Positions 31,641 through 40,635 of a stretch of DNA of 64,000 nt are shown piece after piece. The translations under genes were made by a program, and so were the position numbers. The stretch is from an uncultured Methylomirabilota bacterium (GTDB lineage Bacteria > Methylomirabilota > Methylomirabilia > Methylomirabilales > 2-02-FULL-66-22). Under the pieces are notes generated by a model that saw nothing but the letters and a program-made list of their open reading frames with translations, was not told where the DNA came from and did no database searches. Each line of letters begins with the position of its first letter. Within the stretch, counting starts at the first letter, position 1. The stretch lies in assembly GCA_963845565.1 (NCBI GenBank), contig CAWJSJ010000001.1:576001-640000 (forward strand), read 5' to 3'.

Positions 31641-33332
31641 ATGGCGAAGCCCAGCGAACCGAACAAGATCATTTACTCGATGGTCGGCGTGGGGAAGGTG
31701 CATGGAACGAAACAGGTGCTGAAGGAGATCTCGCTCTCGTATTTCTACGGGGCGAAGATCGGTGTTCTGGGATTGAACGGGTCAGGGAAGAGCACGCTGC
31801 TCCGGATCATGGCGGGCGTCGAGACGGCGTTCCTCGGCGAGACGCATTGCTCGCCAGGGTACACCATCGGCCTCCTGGAGCAGGAGCCGACGCTGGACCC
31901 CGGCAAGACGGTCGGCGAGGTGGTGCGCGAAGGGGTGCAGGAGACGGTCGATCTCTTGAAGGCGTTCGAAGAGATCAGCAGCAAGTTCGCCGAGCCGATG
32001 TCCGACGACGAGATGAGCGCACTGCTCGAGAAGCAGGGGGAGGTGCAGGACAAGCTCGACGCCACCGACGCATGGGATCTCGACAGCCGCCTGGATCTCG
32101 CCATGGACGCGCTGCGCTGCCCGCCGGGCGACACGCCGGTGAAGGTGCTGTCGGGCGGCGAGCTTCGCCGGGTGGCGCTCTGCCGTCTCTTGCTCCAGAA
32201 ACCTGATATTCTGCTGCTCGACGAGCCGACGAATCACCTCGATGCCGAGTCGGTGGCGTGGCTGGAGCAGCACCTGCAACAGTACGAGGGGACCGTCATC
32301 GCCGTCACCCACGACCGGTACTTCCTCGACAACGTGGCGGGGTGGATCCTGGAACTGGACCGGGGGCACGGGATTCCCTGGAAAGGGAATTACAGCTCGT
32401 GGCTGGCGCAGAAACAAGAGCGGCTGCAGCGCGAGGAGAAGTCGGAATCCGATCGCCAGCGGACCCTGGAACGGGAACTGGAGTGGATCCGGATGTCGCC
32501 CAAGGGGCGGCACGCCAAGGGCAAGGCGCGCATCAGTGCCTATCAGTCTCTCCTCCAGCAGGACCACGAGCAGCTTGCGCGCGACCTGGAGATCTTCATT
32601 CCGCCCGGACCGCGACTCGGGGACGCGGTGGTTCGCGCCGAGGGGGTGGCCAAGGCGTACGGTGACCGCCTGATTTTCGAGGAGATGACCTTCACCGTCC
32701 CGCCGGGGGCCGTGGTGGGCATTGTCGGGCCGAACGGGGCGGGCAAGACGACGCTGTTCCGGATGATCACCGGGGAGGAGCAGCCCGACAAGGGGGCGTT
32801 GACCGTTGGGCAGACGGTGGCTCTCGCCTACCTGGATCAAGCCCGGAGCGACCTTGACCCATCCAAGAGCGTCTGGGAGTCGATCTCGGGAGGGCAGGAC
32901 CAGATCGCGCTCGGGAAGGCGCTCGTCAATTCGCGTGCCTACGCGGCGCGCTTCAACTTCCTCGGTCCCGACCAGCAGAAGAAGGTGGGTGGGTTGTCGG
33001 GCGGCGAGCGGAACCGCCTGCATCTTGCCCGGATGCTGCGCCGGGAGGCGAACGTCATCCTGCTCGACGAACCAACCAACGACCTGGACGTCAACACCAT
33101 GCGCGCGCTCGAGGATGCCGTCGATCGCTACGCCGGGTGCATCCTGGTCATCTCGCACGATCGGTGGTTCCTGGACCGGGTCGCGACACACATCCTGGCA
33201 TTCGAGGGGGACAGCAAGGTCTACTGGTTCGAGGGAAACTGGAGTGAATACGACGCGGATCGGAAGCGCCGCCTCGGCGCCGCGGCCGATCGGCCGCACC
33301 GGATCCGGTATCGGCCGCTCACCCGAGCGTGA
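31641..33332 (+). CDS. ettA: Energy-dependent translational throttle ABC-F protein EttA
   Basis: GAKIGVLGLNGSGKSTLL, LSGGE, ELEWIRMSPKGRHAKGKAR and HRIRYRPL. Confidence 0.95.
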   Translation: MAKPSEPNKIIYSMVGVGKVHGTKQVLKEISLSYFYGAKIGVLGLNGSGKSTLLRIMAGVETAFLGETHCSPGYTIGLLEQEPTLDPGKTVGEVVREGVQETVDLLKAFEEISSKFAEPMSDDEMSALLEKQGEVQDKLDATDAWDLDSRLDLAMDALRCPPGDTPVKVLSGGELRRVALCRLLLQKPDILLLDEPTNHLDAESVAWLEQHLQQYEGTVIAVTHDRYFLDNVAGWILELDRGHGIPWKGNYSSWLAQKQERLQREEKSESDRQRTLERELEWIRMSPKGRHAKGKARISAYQSLLQQDHEQLARDLEIFIPPGPRLGDAVVRAEGVAKAYGDRLIFEEMTFTVPPGAVVGIVGPNGAGKTTLFRMITGEEQPDKGALTVGQTVALAYLDQARSDLDPSKSVWESISGGQDQIALGKALVNSRAYAARFNFLGPDQQKKVGGLSGGERNRLHLARMLRREANVILLDEPTNDLDVNTMRALEDAVDRYAGCILVISHDRWFLDRVATHILAFEGDSKVYWFEGNWSEYDADRKRRLGAAADRPHRIRYRPLTRA

Positions 33333-33520
33333 ACGCAACGGCGCCGGTCCGGGACGGCGCGGCCGTGGTGTGTCTGGCAGGGAGCTGCCTGAGGCCCCTG
33401 TGTCTTGGTGACCCGACGGGGCGGGTCGACCTCATGACGAGTTGCCCTTGGTCAGACATGCGTGCCAATTCCCGCAAATGGGCTTGACGCCCTTGGGCGT
33501 CCCGCGCAATGCTGTACCCT

Positions 33521-33563
33521 AGCCCGCAGTATTCGCGAACAAAGCTCGCGATTACTGCGGGCT
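33521..33563. repeat. Family A palindrome, copy 4
   Basis: AGCCCGCAGTATTCGCGA-acaaagc-TCGCGATTACTGCGGGCT, upstream of the rubredoxin gene. Confidence 0.9.
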
Positions 33564-33605
33564 AAATTGAAACCCGTGTGGATCTTTACCTCAGGGAGGG
33601 CGCTC

Positions 33606-33764
33606 ATGGAAAAGTACGAGTGCGGGATGTGCGAATACACCTACGATCCGGCCATCGGGGACCCGGCTCGCGGTATCCCGCCCGGCACGTCCTTCGACGA
33701 TCTGCCGAACGACTGGAAATGCCCGAAATGCAACGCGGGCAAGAACATGTTCACGGAGGCATAG
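33606..33764 (+). CDS. Rubredoxin
   Basis: [12 protein letters not shown]...[20 protein letters not shown]. Confidence 0.95.
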   Translation: MEKYECGMCEYTYDPAIGDPARGIPPGTSFDDLPNDWKCPKCNAGKNMFTEA

Positions 33765-33767
33765 ACT

Positions 33768-34949
33768 ATGCAACCGGTCGAGGTCATTCCCGGAATCCAA
33801 TGGGTGGGAGTGCTCGACACCCAGTTGCGGGTGTTCGACGTGATCATGCAGGCGCAGCACGGCACCACCTACAACTCGTACCTGGTGCGGGGTCGGGACA
33901 AGGTGGCGCTGATCGACGCCAGCAAGGGGATGTTTTCCGAGACGTTTCTCGACACATTGCGCCCCGCCATCGACCCCAAAGACATCGACTACATGGTGTG
34001 CAATCATCTGGAGCCGGACCATTCCGGGGCGCTGGGCGACGTCCTCGACGTTGCGCCCAATGCGCAGGTGGTGGTGACCAAGCCCGGGAGAAATCTCGTG
34101 CGGGCCATCCTGAACCGGGATGTCAAGCCCATCGTCGTCGGAGAAGGCGATCGGATCGATCTGGGCGGCCGGACGCTCCGGTTCATCTCGGCGCCGTTTC
34201 TGCACTGGCCGGATACCATGTTCACGTATCTCGAAGAGGACCAGGTGCTGTTCTCGGGCGACTTCCTGGGCGCGCACTACTGCGATCCTCGGCTCTTCAA
34301 CGATCTCATCGTGAACTACGACGAGGCGTTCCAGTACTACTTCCAGGTGATCATGCGGCCGTTCAAGGAGTATGTCCGCGAGGCGCTGGCCAAGATCGAC
34401 ACGCTGCCGATCAAGATCGTCTGTCCGGTCCACGGCCCCATCCTGCGCAGCGACGTCGGCCGCTATCTCGAGAAGTACCGCGTGTGGAGCGCCGAGCCCC
34501 CGCGAGGCAACAAGAAGCGGCTGCTCGTCTTCTACGTGAGCTCGTACGGCAACACCGAGCGAATGGCCCACGCCGTCGCGCGGGGCATTCGGGAGGCGGG
34601 AGCGGATGCGGACGTGCTGGATCTGACCAAGGTGGATTACCGCGCGATGCTCGACGACATCGAGGCGGCCGAGGGGATCGTGGTCGGCACCTGCACGATC
34701 AACGGCGACGCACTGGAGCATGCCTGGAGCCTGCTGAGCTCGATGACCACCATCAAACTCAAAGACAAGCTGGGGGCATCATTCGGGGCCTTCGGCTGGA
34801 GCGGCGAGGGTCCGCTCATGATCGCCGAGCGCATGAAGGGCCTCAGGTTCCGGGTGCCGGAAGAGCCCATGCGGGTGCAACTCGTCCCCAGCGAGGCGGA
34901 CCTGAAGGCGTGTGAGGAATACGGCCAGAGACTCGTCGCCGCCTTGTAG
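33768..34949 (+). CDS. fprA: FprA-family A-type flavoprotein (flavodiiron protein)
   Basis: GTTYNSYLV, NHLEPDHSG, LHWPDTM, GDFLGAH, SYGNT and FGWSGEG. Confidence 0.93.
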   Translation: MQPVEVIPGIQWVGVLDTQLRVFDVIMQAQHGTTYNSYLVRGRDKVALIDASKGMFSETFLDTLRPAIDPKDIDYMVCNHLEPDHSGALGDVLDVAPNAQVVVTKPGRNLVRAILNRDVKPIVVGEGDRIDLGGRTLRFISAPFLHWPDTMFTYLEEDQVLFSGDFLGAHYCDPRLFNDLIVNYDEAFQYYFQVIMRPFKEYVREALAKIDTLPIKIVCPVHGPILRSDVGRYLEKYRVWSAEPPRGNKKRLLVFYVSSYGNTERMAHAVARGIREAGADADVLDLTKVDYRAMLDDIEAAEGIVVGTCTINGDALEHAWSLLSSMTTIKLKDKLGASFGAFGWSGEGPLMIAERMKGLRFRVPEEPMRVQLVPSEADLKACEEYGQRLVAAL

Positions 34950-35240
34950 GAAATACCCGTACCGCCCGGCCGAGGCGGATCGTTCACGCGCCGGCCGGGC
35001 GAATTGCATTGCGCTGCACCGTTTTCACCCCCTCCCTGCCCCGCTACCCGTTGGATCTTGCGATCTCCTCGTTTCCAGCGCACACGCCACGACCGGACTC
35101 TTCACGTTCACGCCCGGATGGCGCTGCGGTTCCGTCTGAAACCCAACGTTGCTCTTGATCGGCAGTTCCGCTTGCAGGTCAGGTGTTACGACGTTTGGTT
35201 GAGGACGTCGTTCCCGGCAGTGGTGCCCGGCGAATCCGCT

Positions 35241-35267
35241 TCAGGAATCTGTCTGGCTGGCCGATAG
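35241..35267 (+). promoter_or_regulatory. Probable sigma28 (FliA/WhiG-type) promoter
   Basis: TCAG-N15-GCCGATAG versus consensus TAAA-N15-GCCGATAA; about 100 bp upstream of the 35368 ATG. Confidence 0.6.
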
Positions 35268-35367
35268 GAAGAGTAGTCCTCCTTTCCCGGCAGGTGACGT
35301 GGGCCCGCGGACGGAGGCGGAGCCGACGGTCCCGTCCGAACGAAACGCAATACGCAGGGGGTGCCGA

Positions 35368-36600
35368 ATGCGAATCGAGTCGTCAACCGTCCAATTCACC
35401 AGCGTGCGTCAGTACCTGGCGCAACAGACGAGGAGCGAGTCCGTTCGGGTTTGGAGCGGCCAGCAGCCTCGTCCAACGGCTGAGCAGGCACCGCCCACGG
35501 AACCTGTCGGTGCCGGGGCCCGCGACCGAGGAGTCGGGCGACCACACGGAGCAGGCGACCCCGAGGGACTGCGTGCGGGAGGCAGGCAGTGGCCGAGGTG
35601 GCGTCATGCGCCGGCGGCGTTTGCGCCGGACCGTGATGCCGGGTCATCCGTAGTGCACGGTTCAACGCCACGGCGGCACGGCCGAGATGATGAGGCGCCT
35701 CACGCGTCCACGCGCGCCGGAGAGGTGTCCCGCGGCGGAACCGAGGCAGTCGCTGCCGGCGAGATCGACGAGGACGCCGGGCTGCCGCCGAAGCTCGGCC
35801 TCGTGAAACTGATTCTGGAGCGGCTGCTTGGGGTCCGGATCAAGATTTCGGAAGCGTCGGACGCGTCGGACGCGTGTCCATGTCCGCGGGCCGAGACACC
35901 CGCCTCCAGCGACGCCCAGAGACCGCGCCGGCAGGGATGGGGGGCGGAGATCACGGTCGCGGAGCGACAGTTCGAGTCCGAGACGACGGCCTTTGCCGCC
36001 GTCGGCGCCGTGAGGACCGCGGACGGCAAGGAGATCTCCTTCAACCTCGCGCTGACCATGCACCGCGAATTCCTGCAGGAGGGGCGTGTGACCCTGCGGG
36101 CCGGCGACGCGGCTCTCGACCCGCTGGTGGTCAACTTCGCGGGTACGGCGGCGCAGCTCTCCGATGTCACGTTCAGCTTCGATCTCGACCGGGACGGGCA
36201 GACCGAGGCGCTCCCCACCTTGGGGTCAGGCAGCGGCTTCCTGGCGGTCGACCTGAATGGCGACGGCAAGATCAACGACGGCGGGGAGCTGTTCGGGCCG
36301 CGGTCCGGCGACGGGTTTGCCGATCTGGCACAATACGACGGCGACGGCAATCGCTGGATCGATGAAGCCGATCCCATCTTTGGGCGGCTCCGCCTCTGGC
36401 AACCGGATGCGGACGGCGCGGGAACGCTGGTGACGCTGAGTCAAAAGCAAGTCGGGGCCATCTACCTCGGCCAGGCGGCGACCCCCTTCGCGGTGAAGAG
36501 CGCGCAGAACGAACTCCTAGGGCAGGTCGTCTCGTCCGGTATCTACCTGGCCGAGACCGGCGGCGTGGGGAGCGTGCAGCAGGTGGACCTGGCGGTGTGA
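35368..36600 (+). CDS. Hypothetical protein with C-terminal Dx[DN]xDG (VCBS/EF-like) Ca-binding motifs
   Basis: VRTADGKEISFNLAL, DPLVVNF, FDLDRDGQTE, DLNGDGKINDGGELFG and DGDGNRWIDEADPIF. Confidence 0.75.
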   Translation: MRIESSTVQFTSVRQYLAQQTRSESVRVWSGQQPRPTAEQAPPTEPVGAGARDRGVGRPHGAGDPEGLRAGGRQWPRWRHAPAAFAPDRDAGSSVVHGSTPRRHGRDDEAPHASTRAGEVSRGGTEAVAAGEIDEDAGLPPKLGLVKLILERLLGVRIKISEASDASDACPCPRAETPASSDAQRPRRQGWGAEITVAERQFESETTAFAAVGAVRTADGKEISFNLALTMHREFLQEGRVTLRAGDAALDPLVVNFAGTAAQLSDVTFSFDLDRDGQTEALPTLGSGSGFLAVDLNGDGKINDGGELFGPRSGDGFADLAQYDGDGNRWIDEADPIFGRLRLWQPDADGAGTLVTLSQKQVGAIYLGQAATPFAVKSAQNELLGQVVSSGIYLAETGGVGSVQQVDLAV

Positions 36601-36678
36601 TCCGGATGTCCGCAGTTGAGTGGCGTGGGACAGCCGCAGGACGAATCGATGTCCGGGGCGGGGAGCACGGGGCGCCGG

Positions 36679-37215
36679 CTACACGCGTTCCAGCTTCTGA
36701 TAGACGACCATCTCCGCTTGGGTGCGCAGGTCTTCCGGGTGGTAGCGGGGGATGGGGGATTCGATCTGCTTGAGCTTGACCGGAGAGACCTTCTTGTCCA
36801 CCAGGCCGACCGCGACGGCGATGCCGTAGAGGATGGCCTCGGGGCGGGGAGGGCAGCCGGGGATATAGAAGTTGACGGGGACCACTTTCTCGACAGGGCC
36901 GAGCACGCTGTAGGTGTCGTACCAGAGCCCGCCGCCGGAGGCGCAGGAGCCGATGGCAAACACGAGTTTCGGCGCCGCCATGGCGTCATACGCGCGGCGC
37001 AGGGCCTTGGCGGTAGCGCGCATGGCAGGCCCCTGGCAGAGCATGACGTCCGCGTGGCGAGGCGAGCCGACCAGACGGATTCCGAACCGCTCGACATCAT
37101 AGTAGGGCGTCAAGACATTCAGCACCTCGATGTCGCACCCGTTACAGCCGCCGCTGTTGGCGTGGTACACCCAGAGCGAACGCGGAAACATCTTGCGACA
37201 CAATGCGGTCAGCAC
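36679..37215 (-). CDS. hycG: Group 4 hydrogenase small subunit (HycG/NuoB-like)
   Basis: GTG after GGGAGG; GGCNGCDIE, SPRHAD, GSCA and IPGCPPRPEA. Confidence 0.85.
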   Translation of the reverse strand: MLTALCRKMFPRSLWVYHANSGGCNGCDIEVLNVLTPYYDVERFGIRLVGSPRHADVMLCQGPAMRATAKALRRAYDAMAAPKLVFAIGSCASGGGLWYDTYSVLGPVEKVVPVNFYIPGCPPRPEAILYGIAVAVGLVDKKVSPVKLKQIESPIPRYHPEDLRTQAEMVVYQKLERV

Positions 37216-37365
37216 GGGCAGCCTCCCTGAGGAAAACGAACAGCGGCCAGGTGGTTCCTCTCCGCAGTTCTCCGAGATGACCCACATGCTCCAGCAACAC
37301 CTCGCCGCGGGACGTCCGTCGATCTGCGAACCCTGTGGGTCATGGGTCTCCGTCGCGCGTGATCG

Positions 37366-37893
37366 TCAATCCAGCTCGATGTCGATGTCGCGCACCGTCG
37401 CTTCTTTGTCCAGATAGGACTTGGCGTCGTACACCCACCGCTCCGTATCCAACTGATCCAGTCGATAGCCCTTCATCATGAGCTGCTCCAGCGGGCCGGG
37501 CTCCTTGAAGCAGCGGCCGCAGCGCTGGCAGGTGCCCATGAACAGCTCCAGCCGCTGCTGCATGTCGCCGATGTCGTTGGTGGCGTTCTCGAACTCGGTG
37601 CTCATGGTGATGGCCTTCTCGGGGCAGACGTCCGCGCAGCGACCGCAGTACGTGCAGCGCCGGCCGATGTACTGGATGATTCGGATCTCTTGGCAGATGT
37701 CGTGGACCAGGATCTCGCGGGCCGGACAGTTGTTGGCGCAGCCTGCGCACCCGATGCACTTGGCGATATTGAAGAGGGGCCGGCCCCGGAAGCCGGGCGC
37801 CGGCGCCGGCGCCGCCTGCTGCGGATACGGCAGGGTCACGCGACCGGCCTGGAGGCAGATGATGGTTTCCTTGAGTTTGCTCACCAGCGACAT
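37366..37893 (-). CDS. hycF: Group 4 hydrogenase 2[4Fe-4S] subunit (HycF/NuoI-like)
   Basis: TLPYP, GFRGRP, CIGCAGCANNCP, CTYCGRCADVCP and CQRCGRCF. Confidence 0.85.
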   Translation of the reverse strand: MSLVSKLKETIICLQAGRVTLPYPQQAAPAPAPGFRGRPLFNIAKCIGCAGCANNCPAREILVHDICQEIRIIQYIGRRCTYCGRCADVCPEKAITMSTEFENATNDIGDMQQRLELFMGTCQRCGRCFKEPGPLEQLMMKGYRLDQLDTERWVYDAKSYLDKEATVRDIDIELD

Positions 37894-37908
37894 GGTCGCC
37901 CCCATTCC

Positions 37909-38841
37909 TCAATATCCGTACAGCGCCAACAGCAAGGCCACCAGGGAGACGCCCAGGAGCACCCCGTAATAGCGAATCGCCTGGTCGATCCGGTAGCGCG
38001 CGTGCGTGGCGGCCACCAGGGTCACCACCAGGACGAGGAACCCCAGTTTCAGGAGGAGCGAGACGAGATTCAGCGGAACCGGCAAGCCGCTGCCCCAGGG
38101 GGCAAAGAGGGAGACCACCAAGGCGCCGTACACCACCAGCTTGGCCATCTGCGTGAACTTGAAGAGGGCCAACTTCGGTCCGGAGTATTCCATCAGGGAG
38201 CCTTCCATCAATTCCGTTTCGGCCTCGGCGATGTCGAAGGGAAGGCGCCCGACCAGGGCCTGGAACGCCAGAATCGCCACGCCCAGCATCAGGAGCCCCG
38301 CCAGGGGCCATGCGGCGTGGGCGTAGGCCGACCCGGCGAGGACGACGTCCAAGCGCAGCGACCGGGCGTGCACCACGCCGATGACGACGGCCACGGCCAG
38401 CAGGGGTTCCAGCGTCATGAGCGACATCATCTCGCGGCTCATGCCGACCAGCGAATAGGTGGAGCCCGCCGCGAGGCCCGCCAGCATCGTCGAGACGCCG
38501 CAGACCGTGAGGAGATAGATGAGGAGATAGGCGTCGGCGGCTCCGGACAACGGGGGGGTCGTCCCCATGGGCACCAGCAGGGCCACGGTCAGGATGGCGG
38601 CCAGCGAGAGCCAGGACGCGAATCGTTGCATCGCCGGGCTTTCGCCGGACTCGAGGTCCTCTTTGCCGAGCAGCTTGAGGAGATCGTAGTACGGCTGCCA
38701 GATCGGCGGCCCCTGGCGGGACTGGACCCGGGCGGTCACCTTCCGCAGGATCCCCTCGCAGAGCGGGGCGAGCGCCAAGACCAGCGCGAGGTTCATGCCG
38801 CCGGAAAACACGCGGACCGCCAGACTTGTCTCCATCGCCAC
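37909..38841 (-). CDS. hycD: Group 4 hydrogenase membrane subunit (HycD/HyfC/NuoH-like)
   Basis: RKVTARVQSRQGPPIWQPYYDLLKLLGK and RLPFDIAEAETELMEGSLMEYSG. Confidence 0.88.
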   Translation of the reverse strand: MAMETSLAVRVFSGGMNLALVLALAPLCEGILRKVTARVQSRQGPPIWQPYYDLLKLLGKEDLESGESPAMQRFASWLSLAAILTVALLVPMGTTPPLSGAADAYLLIYLLTVCGVSTMLAGLAAGSTYSLVGMSREMMSLMTLEPLLAVAVVIGVVHARSLRLDVVLAGSAYAHAAWPLAGLLMLGVAILAFQALVGRLPFDIAEAETELMEGSLMEYSGPKLALFKFTQMAKLVVYGALVVSLFAPWGSGLPVPLNLVSLLLKLGFLVLVVTLVAATHARYRIDQAIRYYGVLLGVSLVALLLALYGY

Positions 38842-38847
38842 GTTTCC

Positions 38848-38950
38848 TTAGGAGCCGTTACGAAATAGCTTGTCCATTTGTCGTAATTTCGTTACGGCTC
38901 CTTATGCCGTTTCCGGAAAATCTCCCGTCAATCCATTCCTGCACAACGGC
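38848..38950 (-). repeat. Family C element (about 100 bp), copy 2, between hycE and hycD
   Basis: Hairpin GGAGCCGTTACGAAAT...ATTTCGTTACGGCTCC; homologous to 31370-31469. Confidence 0.8.
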
Positions 38951-40633
38951 TCAGGGTGTGCGAGTCACGCCCCGCGCGAGTCGCAGGAGATCCTCTTGCG
39001 TGTAGAGGCGGTGCGCGCCGGAGCGCAGGTCCACACTCTCCATCCGGTCCGTGCAGGAAAAGCACGGATCGATGCTGCCCAGCGAGATCGTCATGTCGGC
39101 GATCTGCTGGTCCTTGATCATGGCGGGGACGCCCTGCAGGTTCTGGTAGGTGGGGGCGCGCACCCGCCAGCGCCGCGGCCGGTTGTTCTCGCCGGTGATC
39201 ACGAAGTGGTGCGCCTCGCCGCGCGGGGCCTCGACCGACGAGAGGCCGACCCGACCGACGGGCAACTCATCCTGGATGGATGCCTGCAGCGGCCCCTCCG
39301 GAAGGTGATCCAGGCACTGTCGGATGATCTTGATGGACTCGAAGACTTCCAGGGTCCGGACCAGGACCCGGGCCCACACGTCGCCGCCTTGCTGGGTGAT
39401 GACGTTGAACTCCACGTCGCCGTAGGCCGCATACGGATGGTCGCGCCGGGCGTCGATGTCCACGCCGGCGGCCCGGGCCACCGGGCCGATCAGCCCAGCC
39501 TCCTTCACGAGCGTCGCGTCCGCGACCCCCACGCCACGCGTCCGCTTCTGGATGTTTCGGTCTCCTGCCACGGCGTCCGCCACGGCGCGCCATTCCGTTT
39601 CCAGTGTGGCCAGGACCCCGCTGAGTTCACTCCGCAACGCCGGGGTGATGTTCCAGCGGACGCCGCCGATGACGCACAGGGCGTAGGTCTTCCGGTTGCC
39701 GCTGATCTTCTCGGCGATCCACATGATGGGCTCGCGGATCCGGAAGGACTGCATGAAGAGCGTGTCGAAGCCCAGGATATGGCAGGCGAGGCCGACCCAG
39801 AGGAGATGGCTGTGGAGTCGCTCGATCTCCAGCATGATGGTCCGGATGCCGCGGGCGCGCGGAGGAACCGTCAGGGCGGCCGCTTGTTCCACGGCTTGCG
39901 CGTACGCCACGTTGTGCACGCACCCGCAGATGCCGCAGATCCGCTCCGCGGCCATCGGGATCTCGTTATAGGTGAGGACTGAGTCCCCGAGCTTCTCGAT
40001 GGCTCGATGGACCATGAAGCCGCGGTATTCGCAGCCGCGCACCACCTCGCCATCGACGTAGAGGCGGAAGTGGGTCGGCTCATCCAGGGTCGGGTGGAAG
40101 GGGCCGAAGGGCACCACCACGCAGCGGTCGGGAGGGTCGTCGAAGTCGAAGGTCCGGTTCTCGTCGTAGTCGGGCGGGACGGCGTCCCAGGGATAATCGC
40201 GGCGCAGCGGATGAATGCCGTCAGGCCAGCCGTCCGGCAAGATCAGGCGCTTGGGGTAGGGGTGGCCCACCGGCTCGATCCCCACCAGGTCGCGGAACTC
40301 GCGCTCGGACCAGTTGGCGGCCGGCACGACGTCGGAGATGCTGTCCACGCGCGGCGAACTGCCGGCCAGGTAGGTCATGACACTGCAGAGCACCTGCTCC
40401 CTGTCGAAGGCGAAGTCGTGCGCCACCAGGAACTTGCCGGAGACGGGGCGATCGTCCAGGCCGATGCCGACGACGTACCGCGCGTTCAAGTCGCGGAAGA
40501 TATACCGGCACATCTCCCGAAGGGCCTGCGGCTCTACGTACAGGAACAGCCGGCCGTCCTCCGGCACGTCCGTCCGCTGGATGACCGGCGTGAAGCGCTC
40601 CGTGATCCGTTTCAACACGACGTGTGCCGACAT
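38951..40633 (-). CDS. hycE: Group 4 [NiFe]-hydrogenase large subunit (HycE-like, NuoC-D fusion)
   Basis: ANWSEREFRDLVG, GPFHPTLDEP, L1 RICGICG, EAPRGE, L2 DPCFSCTDR plus a 30-aa extension. All four Ni-ligand Cys are present. Confidence 0.92.
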   Translation of the reverse strand: MSAHVVLKRITERFTPVIQRTDVPEDGRLFLYVEPQALREMCRYIFRDLNARYVVGIGLDDRPVSGKFLVAHDFAFDREQVLCSVMTYLAGSSPRVDSISDVVPAANWSEREFRDLVGIEPVGHPYPKRLILPDGWPDGIHPLRRDYPWDAVPPDYDENRTFDFDDPPDRCVVVPFGPFHPTLDEPTHFRLYVDGEVVRGCEYRGFMVHRAIEKLGDSVLTYNEIPMAAERICGICGCVHNVAYAQAVEQAAALTVPPRARGIRTIMLEIERLHSHLLWVGLACHILGFDTLFMQSFRIREPIMWIAEKISGNRKTYALCVIGGVRWNITPALRSELSGVLATLETEWRAVADAVAGDRNIQKRTRGVGVADATLVKEAGLIGPVARAAGVDIDARRDHPYAAYGDVEFNVITQQGGDVWARVLVRTLEVFESIKIIRQCLDHLPEGPLQASIQDELPVGRVGLSSVEAPRGEAHHFVITGENNRPRRWRVRAPTYQNLQGVPAMIKDQQIADMTISLGSIDPCFSCTDRMESVDLRSGAHRLYTQEDLLRLARGVTRTP

Positions 40634-40635
40634 GG

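Noticed and set aside
34950..35367. Riboswitch (e.g. c-di-GMP) upstream of the 35368 gene
   Set aside because: No recognisable aptamer consensus by eye; an Infernal/Rfam scan would be needed to exclude it.
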